Virus record (IMG/VR): IMGVR_UViG_3300007708_000003
Span: 1-64,000 of that record
Origin: a virus
Length of the DNA: 64,000 nt
Strand: one strand, 5' to 3'
Shown: positions 38,101 through 45,805 of the stretch, piece by piece
Numbering within the stretch: the stretch's first letter is position 1
How the letters are laid out: every line of letters starts with the position of its first letter
Notes under the pieces: model-generated
Told to the model about the DNA's origin: nothing
The model's database searches: none
The model's input: only the letters and a program-made list of their open reading frames with translations
Translations under genes and position numbers: made by a program

Positions 38101-40683
38101 TTTAGGAGTCACTTTAGGTTGTTCTGCCTCAACTTTTTCTTCTTGCTTTTCAGTATCACGTTGCACTTCTTCTAAAGTAGCATTTACCTTTTCAAAATAA
38201 GGTGTACTCTTAGGAGATATGATGCTAGTCATACTTCTATTTCTGTTAGCTATTTGAATATCATTGATGCCAAAATCACTATCAAGTTGTAGACCAGTAT
38301 ATTTTTTTACTTTGCCTAACTTTAATTTTGTAATTTCATCATTGTTGTCATAATCAAAGAATATAAGATCAGGTCTAAAGTTACCATTAATGGTAAAATC
38401 TTCTCTAAACTTTTTACCAAAGTCTTCACCAAATTGCTCTGGATTTTCTAACTTTTTTACAACAGTATCTTTAATAATATCAATAAATCTTTCTTGTGCG
38501 TCTTTTATATTTTGTCCAGATAAACCTTGACCAAGAAGTTCTTTATAAATACTTTGTATTTCTTTTTCAGGTAGTGCTATATTATATTTACCTCTATTAG
38601 ATTTTATAAAATTATATCTATCATTTGTTGAGTATGGTCTTATTTCTAATACAAAATTACCTGCTGTATCTGTAGAATATTTAAAATCTAATACAGCATT
38701 TCTATCTACTGCAGAATTTCTTAATGGTATTTGATAAAAATTAAAACTAAATTGACGCATATCAGATATTCTATTATTACTTGATAACGTGGCATTTAGC
38801 ACAGAAATAAAATCAGCAAATGTTTTTTGATTATTGTTTGCTGCTTCAATAAGTATAGGTTTGTATCTACCATCAAGACTGCCATCTTTAAATGTAACAA
38901 TAAGTTTTTCTTGTCTTTGATCTGATTCTGTTAAAATACTTTTAGCATATGAATCTATAGAGTTACCTCTGTTTAATATTTCTTTAAAGTATACATTAAG
39001 AGATGTTTGTTTATTTTTAAACAAGACTCTCTCATTATTTGCTAGTACATTCTTTACATCAAATATATTTGTGTCAGCTCTTCTTAGTAATATAAAAGGA
39101 ATGTTTCTTTCTTCAGTGCTTAGTATCTCACCTTCTTCATTAATAGTAACTATTGTTAATGGTACAGATAAATTGTTATCTTCTTCAAGAACATCTGCAA
39201 GTTTTATATTATCATCAACTCTATTACTATAAGAATTGATATCATAGTACCCATGGAACAAACTACTAACATCTGTTATATTATTACTATCTAAACTTTT
39301 AAGTAACTCTTCATTTTCTAAAACAGCTTTCTTAAACATTTGAAATGTTTCATAATTGCTTTTTATCAGTTGCAGTTCATCTAATGATAAAGACTCTGTA
39401 ACAGTGGCTCCTTTTGGCATCTTTGCAAAAGTATTAGATACTAATTCTAAATTCTCTGTATTAGAAAAATCAATTTTTGTAGTTCTATTATTAGAATCTA
39501 AGAATGCATAGTTATCTAATGTGTAGATGTTAAATCTTTTACCATTGTATTCTCCTACTAAAGTAAAAGTATTCTCAGATTTTTTTGGTGAGTACAATGT
39601 AGATACAACAGCACTGCTATTTCTTTGAAGTTCAGCTACTTGCTGTGCAAATTCAAAAGTTTCATGGTTTCTATTTGCAAGTTGTGCATACTCTGGAGCA
39701 GCTACTGCAATATTTTTAAACTCTGTAATTCTTTCATCTGTAGTTTCACTAATTGGCACAGCATATATTTTAACTTGACCAACAGCATTTCTTACAGTAT
39801 TTAATCCAACATTAGTATCAATATCTACTATTGTAATGCCTGATAAAATAAGACTTTCATACAGTATAGTTTTTGCATTATCTCCAAGATTTTTTGCAAC
39901 AAGAGGTAATACTAAAAGAGGTCTTTTACTTCTAATATCTGAATCATCTACAACTTCATTTGTAGCAGTGTCTATAAAATAACCTGCTTGATTTCTGATA
40001 CTGTCAACATATCTACCATCTTTTAATTGTAATAGTACTCTATTAGATATCTCATCTCCAAATTCATATTTGTTTAAGTCTATAGAACTTAAATCAATGA
40101 ACTTTGTATCTCTTAAGTGTTTCTTTATTTTAGTATCAAATAAAGCTTTTAATGCTATCTCACTTGGACTACCTTGAATAGCTACTTCATATGCTGCAGT
40201 TATTTCATTTATAGTATCAGTTTTTACATCCTGACTTTTAAAACTGGTAGAACTTAAAAAGTTATCTATGTCAGTAAGAGCACTCATGACAGGATAACTT
40301 AATGTAGTAATAGTATCTTTTACCTTGAATAGTTTTTTAATTTCTGATAAGACATTGGCTTTTGTTATCTTTTTAACTTCAAGATCTTTGTATATGGTTT
40401 TTAATACTGTGCTAATATATTTTTTATCATCTGTATTAATAAAGTCCACTAAACTTACTATAGCATTTGCCTGACCTTTCTGTATTTCACCATTACTAGC
40501 ATCATGTAACTGATCATATATAATAGCAAGATGATGCAAAGTATTTGTTTTTGCATTATCTTTTAAGGGATTGCTTAGTATAAACTTTGCAACATTGTCA
40601 AAGTTTGAATAATATTCTGGATCTTTTTTAAGAAATTGAGAAACTAAATTTTTATACTTGTCAGTATTGCTAGTACAGTTCAT
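29134..40683 (-). CDS. Virion-packaged single-chain RNA polymerase (crAss-like) with zincin-like domain
   Basis: 3849 aa; catalytic AGSDFDID at 32779-32793 preceded by RVPTEDKRSM; FDGQ motif; HEAFH (37834-37848)...EEILADAF zincin; Cys only at residues 3 and 3849. Confidence 0.9.
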   Translation of the reverse strand: MNCTSNTDKYKNLVSQFLKKDPEYYSNFDNVAKFILSNPLKDNAKTNTLHHLAIIYDQLHDASNGEIQKGQANAIVSLVDFINTDDKKYISTVLKTIYKDLEVKKITKANVLSEIKKLFKVKDTITTLSYPVMSALTDIDNFLSSTSFKSQDVKTDTINEITAAYEVAIQGSPSEIALKALFDTKIKKHLRDTKFIDLSSIDLNKYEFGDEISNRVLLQLKDGRYVDSIRNQAGYFIDTATNEVVDDSDIRSKRPLLVLPLVAKNLGDNAKTILYESLILSGITIVDIDTNVGLNTVRNAVGQVKIYAVPISETTDERITEFKNIAVAAPEYAQLANRNHETFEFAQQVAELQRNSSAVVSTLYSPKKSENTFTLVGEYNGKRFNIYTLDNYAFLDSNNRTTKIDFSNTENLELVSNTFAKMPKGATVTESLSLDELQLIKSNYETFQMFKKAVLENEELLKSLDSNNITDVSSLFHGYYDINSYSNRVDDNIKLADVLEEDNNLSVPLTIVTINEEGEILSTEERNIPFILLRRADTNIFDVKNVLANNERVLFKNKQTSLNVYFKEILNRGNSIDSYAKSILTESDQRQEKLIVTFKDGSLDGRYKPILIEAANNNQKTFADFISVLNATLSSNNRISDMRQFSFNFYQIPLRNSAVDRNAVLDFKYSTDTAGNFVLEIRPYSTNDRYNFIKSNRGKYNIALPEKEIQSIYKELLGQGLSGQNIKDAQERFIDIIKDTVVKKLENPEQFGEDFGKKFREDFTINGNFRPDLIFFDYDNNDEITKLKLGKVKKYTGLQLDSDFGINDIQIANRNRSMTSIISPKSTPYFEKVNATLEEVQRDTEKQEEKVEAEQPKVTPKPIKKSGGLHNYFSIDIGEGFDTASEQEWASEIAWLQRTYSMFGLNLLDIEDINALTEINPTVLGFIKDKFIYLNDTLKAKGTAYHEAFHGVFKYLMNARERQALLESVYNNSKYAKMFTEDALNKFAEDRNYTESLERLRELQAEEILADAFQNYMIKENAPKTLLERFFKMLSNLLRMFSRNSDVIDSTFRNVQRGKYANRQVAEIADEGNIKYLAIPGLPVIYNNSITNQVEYKDSTLDSFHANQLTGMVLYEVLNNNNTKLSFDEKFDLATKHLLDNVLDINIVTAQENTQEGKDELTEELNDLYKQYRFILGAKLQNKEVFDINLTGDENYNFMSEANDYVDSLTTDVLDNTNGQVSNDLLRKTVKKQYVTLNNLLSELEEADDTSVDAETMQNIANQEQEVVKDVEDTADEELGEDGTEDFDNFVQKNTLESLPNQIKKFLAINMYYAPHEKYIGVKLPRVIDGATLFPILLKITSDVKPDKIIDQLLNAAEIMINDGNVKAGNDIMTIYNNLKKASGLDSNNMATKNKQLYNMFVEVLHVTAMNYALFNLSFENKVDEQGDSYIAAGKISLKDKILYEDINKKKKDIVDSFLYKYNNEYTSSDYQDKIQKLVYILAEIKTQKLILDTGKKYNDKILKELTERLHTAMKDVGLNVPKSLVRLSLIGIETKENGGNVSIYNKTVKNHLEINENFIKSDKYLTKSFFNNVYDILKAKPAPAVLNKKFDDASKEYGAFNSILRKASEYIVKYDPTELPSVVRNAEGKLIYRYVKYTPLIYMVKTLREEGFVDFVKDDFEFNNFLESFYGDNVLLSQLMIPNPETAFKKKKGETAEQTAARELAKRNYDKLNTFIKNFDISLYGGTQQFVDGKPISGTSYNKLQERDMHLLDIYSFLKRDEIVTESGDTIYTYMRQYGQNETSPTNFLVSGLYEQFADSKGIIKVNGRLKITDTFKNVIGQEYERIRKEWSRRKVLKEAYDSRKYNMLRGEYNAIFNEDKTADVEDQKDNSLRAYNFSKLPKYFQNNKSIKQSLINSAKQGVPFNQVNFDELYNDDKTKKFLDTLDDYAYDQFNYAVENYAKQGIIKYVDTAEIVGVNKETNERIFKQDRGRVNITKKITSDFITDDQQIQLGFRLEDLSSLYGKGTGKEAIMTYDEATKTYKPSSAFTSINLEGFLFDKVFNHMHNSLMFNQMFDADEALNVKGAVQLVKRNKRFIIAGNNFKNGFHKVATLNKLQVFLHPEYVEAGQYYSIDQINNDPFTDNATKAILAENFGKKPYMFDVFDGQSYSSIMHQMDGFEAIGKLSPEATDILIAKHYRDITEREFNTLKKDKIIMNPKKTATGSRTVYFKLSEDYIDRNDVSTLIVPSGLTDEQKDEYIANTYDELHQIYSEIYSNRILMQNMRLSNELSGISDIALLNQRLIKEAHKYFKAKKSKKELHVLLNSMELDGVDQVVDPTASKTTTMFPIDFYNEMNQDSEYVNLEIASQLVSNEWKYNQVETSKVKNESKISIQRKLLLPADIVHMREIIGRDFTKEESLQYDALLSALNRYETAMHDSAEAGFNLAKTFLRDKNNNLVVGQIYDIIRENLDAQNAPDSVKDLFKTDAKGEPIINQNIGTIRKMLEYYFFSLYSKATDEKSTGTKFIHASSWGHNVTVDDNNNVIREEVIEADPDLYENNHVRPLGVSVEINSEGVKVYTIEAIVAMPYFASTEEKEYYLEKLNKFFGQRVPTEDKRSMIVVKVVDFVNSAHGNTIILPQLAHYLAGSDFDIDTLYTQMYNTYEDFKGETVLYGDYSQYANEEQGRFLEFMQYKLKDKDLRTLIRSEFDKLSESDDYKMSTAAKNLMKLYGFTEDDFENYLEMSEMDFKAVIQSYNDSYGPLFDAKHELRSGIDALQEKLNKNKNNNVARRQLHSIFTEIKEKQAEIDAVKTAKTELYDKSKRAFEFYRTLLKTEATLKVFSKYNLPTSLNTFNKKPEYRYSVRPVYQNDLLTSAMDILSNEIVFKNLYSNQKASADSFKAVLTNQGVDYNNTANNVPYDHHTIAATIASKSMSQSDGSNLGKAAVMNKTVSFINLYTKPGKRNIKEDAVVFKYNIPIYKEGSIEPVDYELVEHSAYGILDKKGNRVIQKVGDSIGMFADAGNDPIPALLGVNDANSNFILSATALGLDDNLIFNMIRIPEFINATQEVLSSTKAITRGEAIQSLSIYRALNAEIKKLIASDPTAVDVLKAQGVIPRNSGVTNFKINKENIVLEFNPSELDKNKWLNNTLSLEDLGIKVSSLQYIKKTVTKNKKVTTEITGKTITPLSDVQQKIILLQMIKEQGLQSFQLSQIASLINTIKSFKPDFNSFEFMYRNIVELKTKQLFLEDDIVDTIFSKNKLWSVQYEIVSDLQEQASRIFLERSPYFRSITNLFKSSLKDKSIIANTLTSMLSLYKFRTEYPGSRKAADDMHQLMLDMDDDNLRNAFSARYWFTHGLGEELAELKEKDPNNKFLSFLREYKTKNVALTSDNRRITESYIGLTTKSKVAGDLANTIANDAKYLSSAEPLFMSKLFYHELARTGLLYKANSYLQFLDPVYIKNVSKFMNIFTDKLKGDEVKDFGQVIQSFIAAENKEGTYEVLNNIFNTIAILGSEDIVNLKAPGLYFFENNYESQFINEEKMKLKAATPKEAYEDTLRREIKLHLDGVVSGVTFGLSNNYGRPTFKASTRSNILNFDFRKSTDGISDDINKLIAQKFGVKYNYQTLVYEFPAFIKIDNQTFVLESVEESQEFSKPYSSLAENFMDNIETGINTQGYKANYTKLEKNVSYSDTLNPGTLSQEETQVYRNLIATGRRTTNAIKTYVDVLYEEEVFAEDVTKPLTEIVSQSPKEILVRYTPKGKEEQIYAVRGSKIINKDGKEVFKENGVDRYKIFANVAVLQKRAVVVTYDNTKYVVNEKQQILSDKTGKLMQWDSNNGNRIAILKLASDKFAMNNPEGLPSIDRTSETC

Positions 40684-40708
40684 AGTGATTGAAGTGTTTA
40701 TTTATAGA

Positions 40709-43700
40709 TTAGCATCCAGGCTCGTCATGAATGTCATTGATTTCATCAAGTAATGACTGATCACCCTTCTCTACAAATTTACTACTTTTTTTGGAAATAT
40801 CACTCTTTGCTTGATTGTAATCTTCTAAAATAGATTGAATATCATTGTTTTGTATTTCTGTTGGTGCTGTTTCATCTACTGTAATCTTAGCATCTTCTTC
40901 TACTTCAGTTACATCACTCATGTTAAAAAAGTCTTCAAAATCAACAGCGTCTTCTTCATCAAACTCATCTGTTACAACAGCTAATACATTCTTACGCATT
41001 TCTTCTACTGAATCTTTTACAGATGGTATTCTTGAAAACATGCTTAGTAATTCAATAGTACCATTTACTTCTTTATTATATTTATCCATAGCTTCAATAG
41101 CTCTAGACATAAAAGCATTTATTAAATCTTCATCTTCAGTATTCAGATAATCTTTTACAAACTCTCTGTTTTCTTTTTGTATTTCAATTTTGCGTTCTAA
41201 TTGATCTCCAAATATACTATCAAAGTCTACAGCTCCAGACATATCATCTGCCATCTCTGTGTAGTCTTCATCTTTTTTAAGTTTGTTATCTTGTTCTTTC
41301 TGAAACTTAACTTCCTCTTCTTTTTGAATATCCATTTTTCTTTGAACAGGAACTTTATTCATTAAATCTTGTTCTTCAGAAGTAAATTTATTAATAGTTT
41401 TACCATTAGGTTTAACCATCTCTCTTACAAGTTCTTCAGCTTTCTGCATATCTACTGCAGGTTCTACAGGTTTACTTTCTAAAGCTTTATATTTAGTATT
41501 AATTTTATTTATTGCTTCTTCTCTTGTATATCCAAGTATTTTATCTTTTCTATTTTTTAAATCATCTTTAGTAATTTCTTCTGAAACAAATGCTCCTGCC
41601 CAAATTCCTCCATATCTATTAGGAGATAATTGATGTAAATTAGAAATTTCTTTTTCCTTTTCAGTTTCTATATTAGAAACAATAGGAGCTACTTGTGATG
41701 GAGCTGTACTAGCAGGTTGATTAGGTTGACTGTTTACATCAGTAGATGTATTACTGTCTTGTGCTTTAGCTTTATCTAATAATACTTTAAGAGTTAATTC
41801 TTCTGCACCTTTTTTAAATATGGTAGCATTGATTTTATCTACTTCAGCTTGATACTGATCTTTACTAATCTCTTGTTTACCAAATCTTGTTTTAAGAGCT
41901 TTGTATGCAGGATTAAATTCTCTAACCATCTCTAAGGTTTTTATCTTAGATGCGTCAGACATAGATAAAAATTCCTGCACCATTGACTCAGGAGAAATAA
42001 CTTCAACAGATTTTGCTTCTGTATCTTCTTCATCATCTTCAATAACAGGAGTTTTTATAGTTGATGGATCTGGAATATTTTGTACAGTAGTTTCACTAGG
42101 TAGATTGTCAATTTCTGCTTTTAATGTTTCTGCTGCCTCAACACTAAGAGGTTCTTCATTTACTACATCACCTGTAGCAATATCAACAACATCTGCTGTA
42201 CCATCTTCATTTTGTACAACATTAACTTTAGGAGCATATCCTATTATACCTAACTCTTGAATTTTATAATCTATTTGTTCTTTGTATATAGGATCTTCAT
42301 ACAACTTTGCCTCATTAGGTAATAACTCAGTATTATTCATTATCTTTTCAGCAATAATTAATAGTCTGTAGTCATCTAATGATTTCTTTTCTTGTATGTC
42401 ATTCATCTCACCTTCAGTAATGTCTTCATTGTATTGCTGAGGTGTATATTGTTTTATTGCTTTATGTACTTCTAATGATATAATTTTCTCAATCTCATTA
42501 ACATATTTCTTAGCATCTTTATATGCTTCTATTCCTATCTTAGGATCTGTGATAATAATGTTTAATGCAATGTATGCGTCAGATTCTTTTACTCTATCAA
42601 ATATCTGTTGGTATATTTCATTTGCAATTTTAAAATGTTCAACAGGATCTGCAGATACATTTGATGCAATGCCACTACTAACTTTAACAACAGCTTCTTC
42701 TAGATTAGATATTAATGACTCTAAGTTATATTTAAATAAACCTGCCTCTGATCTTTTAACCATAGACATAAATTTATCAGGATCAGATAATACTTCTACA
42801 GCTCTTAAATAGTCTTTAGAATCTTTATCTAATCTAATGTAATCTACAATTTTTTCAAAGCTATCATTAAGAGCACTTTGACCTAACTCTGAATCTAAAC
42901 CTGCTTGTGAATTTTTAAGATTAATAATCTCTCTAAATAATTTAGATATCTTTTTGTTTTTAATATCCCATGTTTTAACTGGTGTCCAAAGTTTTTTACC
43001 ATCTGCATTTTCAACTCTTTGTTTTTTGTTTTGCTCAATACCTGCAAAAACAAAATCTGTATGTTCTACAACACCTGTTACTTCACTACGTTGTTTCCAA
43101 AGTTTTGCCCATTCATTTAATAAGTCAAGTTCTTTCTTAGTACTTTTTAATTGCTTTTCAGTTTGCTTTTTAACATCACCTGTAAGATTACCTTCTTCAA
43201 GTGTAGTGTTAAGTTGTTTTATTTGAGACATCACTGTATCAATTTCATTTGATAAAAATGATGGGTTACTCAATACACGCATTGCATAATCAGAAGACAT
43301 AGAAAGACCAGGAATAGCTGATAAATCTGCAGTAACACCTTTCAACCTTTCAGCTGTCATGTCTGCTTTAATAGCATTCATTGCAATAATAGATATAGCT
43401 TCTTCTTGTGCAGCTCTTGTATGATTTGCAATAGTTCTGTCTATAGTTCCTTCTTGGTATGCTTGAGGATCAACTAATTTATTTTTTACACCTCTTTTCA
43501 TATCTTCAATGATATTAGTGTATTTTTGTAAATCACTTGCTACTTTTTCTGCATACTCTTGTGGAGTATTATAATTTGTATCTGCAATATCTATATTAAA
43601 TTCTTTTTGGAATGCTTCAGCAGTATAATCCTGCCCCATATCTCTAATAGCACTTACAAAACCCTTAATAGTATTTGTTCTATATGCAGCCATAGTTGCT

Positions 43701-45802
43701 GCAAGAAGTGCATTATTCTTAGAATTTTGAAATTCATATTGTAATCCTTTTGCTGCTGCTTCAGCCATTTCAGCAGAACTAATAGTTTGTGCATTAAAAT
43801 TAACAACTTTATTTGAAAAAGCATTTGGACCACCTGATTCAAAAACAGAATTAACCATTCTTATATCAGCTTGCAATCTTTCTTTTGCTTGAACAATAGG
43901 GTTTTGATTTGGATTATCTTTATACTTGTTATTATAATATTGCTCTTGTGTTTTTTGTACAACATTATTTAATACCTTACTTGGTCCTTTAACCATCATA
44001 CCTGTCAATGCACCAGTAAGAAAAGTTTTTAAACCTTGCTTAGACCACTGATCTTTAAATCCTTGACCAAAGTAATCTGACAAAGTATATTTTAAATTGT
44101 TACCATATTTATCTACATAGTAATTTTTCCATGCATTACCTGATGCTTCTTGGTATATCTCTTGCGCACCTTCTGCAATTTCAAAAGATAATGTGTTTCT
44201 TAAAAAAGATTTACCTAGCATCTTGCCAGCTTCTTTAGTACCAAACTCTGATCTTACTTGACCTAATATACCAAAGGTTCCAAAGAAACCACTCTTGTCA
44301 AATATTTTAAATGCACCTTTTTTACGAACAGCAGCAATTGTATTGTTTGCCATTGTTTCTTCTATTGCTTGTAATGCTTTATTTGCTGGTACAAATTTAT
44401 TAAACAAGTTTCCAAACTGTAACTTGTTGGTTGCTAATAAGATAGCAGTGTTTGTATCATAGTTAGATGAACTTGCTTGTACAGCATAGTCACGCATTTT
44501 ATTAAATTCTGTAGCATCTGGTAATTCACCTTCATGTGTACTTTGATAATTTTTTACCATCATGTCAAGTGAATCTCCATAAGAAGATACTGATTCAAAC
44601 ATTGCTTCTGACATAGACATGTTTAACTCTTGTGCTACACGTCTAAAGCCTTGCACTGCCATTCCTGTAAGTTCTGCTCCGCCTGCACCTGCTCTAAAAG
44701 CAACTACACCTTTTTCACCAAAGTTTACAGCTGTACCAAGAAGTGGTGTACCTCTTAATATATTTTCTGCAAACTCACCTACACTTTTTGATTTGGCTAC
44801 ATTTAATATATTATTACTAAATATTCTTGTATAAGAATTAAAAGTCTCTCTTGCTGTAGCAGAAGGTATTCTTCTAAATGAACCTGCAATTTCAGCTTCT
44901 GTAGCTTCTCTTACTATAGGTTTTATTACATCAACAGATTTATCAGCTAATGATAAACCACTTCCAAATCTTGTAAAAAGATTTCTTTTTGCTGCAAGTT
45001 CTACACCTTCTTTAGCTGCAGTCTTTAATCCTAATTTACTTAATGCTCTTGCACCTGTAGCACCAAAACTTCCAACACCTCCACCACCTGTAAGACCTGT
45101 TATTAAAACATCAGCTACTAACTCAGTACCTATAGCTGCAATAGTACCATATGTAAAACCAACATTACCTAAAAATTCAGAGAAAAACTTTTTATTAAAT
45201 ATTCCATCTTCATCTTCTTCTGGTACAAATACATAGTTTTGACTTGCATTCTTTTGATCTAAATAGTATTGACTTATTAACTCACTTTCAGATGGTTTTA
45301 CTAAATCCCAATCACCTTCAGATATTGCATCAAACATTTTACCATAGTCAGAAAACCAGGATGTATATGTATTACCTGCATTATATAACATGCTATCAAA
45401 TCCTTTAGCTAATGCAGAACCCCATGTTTCATTTTCAATGGCTTGCTTAGTATTACTTTCATAAAAGTTAGGATTAAACTCTAAAGGATTATAACCTTTT
45501 TGTTCTTTAAATTTATCTACATATTCTGGATTAACAGACTTAACAGCACTACCTAAATAGTTTTCTGCTGTCATAGGTGTAGGAGCAGACATCTTATCTA
45601 AGAAATCTGTATTACTTTTTTGTAATTGTAAATTTAAAGCAGCTGCTCCTTTTTTAGTTGGATCAATAGCACCATCTGCCTGCATATCATCTGCAGGTAT
45701 ATCACCTGTAACAACAGCTTGAGTTTCAACTATAGAAGGGTCATCAGATACTAAATTATTAAAAACATTATCTGTATCAGTAAAATTAAAAATATCACTC
45801 AT
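40709..45802 (-). CDS. Giant virion cargo/ejection protein
   Basis: 1697 aa; Gly/Ala-rich hydrophobic segments near N-terminus, EGAQEIYQ motif, acidic tail; only Cys is the last residue. Confidence 0.7.
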   Translation of the reverse strand: MSDIFNFTDTDNVFNNLVSDDPSIVETQAVVTGDIPADDMQADGAIDPTKKGAAALNLQLQKSNTDFLDKMSAPTPMTAENYLGSAVKSVNPEYVDKFKEQKGYNPLEFNPNFYESNTKQAIENETWGSALAKGFDSMLYNAGNTYTSWFSDYGKMFDAISEGDWDLVKPSESELISQYYLDQKNASQNYVFVPEEDEDGIFNKKFFSEFLGNVGFTYGTIAAIGTELVADVLITGLTGGGGVGSFGATGARALSKLGLKTAAKEGVELAAKRNLFTRFGSGLSLADKSVDVIKPIVREATEAEIAGSFRRIPSATARETFNSYTRIFSNNILNVAKSKSVGEFAENILRGTPLLGTAVNFGEKGVVAFRAGAGGAELTGMAVQGFRRVAQELNMSMSEAMFESVSSYGDSLDMMVKNYQSTHEGELPDATEFNKMRDYAVQASSSNYDTNTAILLATNKLQFGNLFNKFVPANKALQAIEETMANNTIAAVRKKGAFKIFDKSGFFGTFGILGQVRSEFGTKEAGKMLGKSFLRNTLSFEIAEGAQEIYQEASGNAWKNYYVDKYGNNLKYTLSDYFGQGFKDQWSKQGLKTFLTGALTGMMVKGPSKVLNNVVQKTQEQYYNNKYKDNPNQNPIVQAKERLQADIRMVNSVFESGGPNAFSNKVVNFNAQTISSAEMAEAAAKGLQYEFQNSKNNALLAATMAAYRTNTIKGFVSAIRDMGQDYTAEAFQKEFNIDIADTNYNTPQEYAEKVASDLQKYTNIIEDMKRGVKNKLVDPQAYQEGTIDRTIANHTRAAQEEAISIIAMNAIKADMTAERLKGVTADLSAIPGLSMSSDYAMRVLSNPSFLSNEIDTVMSQIKQLNTTLEEGNLTGDVKKQTEKQLKSTKKELDLLNEWAKLWKQRSEVTGVVEHTDFVFAGIEQNKKQRVENADGKKLWTPVKTWDIKNKKISKLFREIINLKNSQAGLDSELGQSALNDSFEKIVDYIRLDKDSKDYLRAVEVLSDPDKFMSMVKRSEAGLFKYNLESLISNLEEAVVKVSSGIASNVSADPVEHFKIANEIYQQIFDRVKESDAYIALNIIITDPKIGIEAYKDAKKYVNEIEKIISLEVHKAIKQYTPQQYNEDITEGEMNDIQEKKSLDDYRLLIIAEKIMNNTELLPNEAKLYEDPIYKEQIDYKIQELGIIGYAPKVNVVQNEDGTADVVDIATGDVVNEEPLSVEAAETLKAEIDNLPSETTVQNIPDPSTIKTPVIEDDEEDTEAKSVEVISPESMVQEFLSMSDASKIKTLEMVREFNPAYKALKTRFGKQEISKDQYQAEVDKINATIFKKGAEELTLKVLLDKAKAQDSNTSTDVNSQPNQPASTAPSQVAPIVSNIETEKEKEISNLHQLSPNRYGGIWAGAFVSEEITKDDLKNRKDKILGYTREEAINKINTKYKALESKPVEPAVDMQKAEELVREMVKPNGKTINKFTSEEQDLMNKVPVQRKMDIQKEEEVKFQKEQDNKLKKDEDYTEMADDMSGAVDFDSIFGDQLERKIEIQKENREFVKDYLNTEDEDLINAFMSRAIEAMDKYNKEVNGTIELLSMFSRIPSVKDSVEEMRKNVLAVVTDEFDEEDAVDFEDFFNMSDVTEVEEDAKITVDETAPTEIQNNDIQSILEDYNQAKSDISKKSSKFVEKGDQSLLDEINDIHDEPGC

Positions 45803-45805
45803 GTT

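Noticed and set aside
29134-40683. Inteins in the RNAP or PolB explaining the terminal cysteines
   Set aside because: No internal C...HN splice junctions or LAGLIDADG motifs; the RNAP has no internal Cys, and the termini lack the His-Asn end of split inteins
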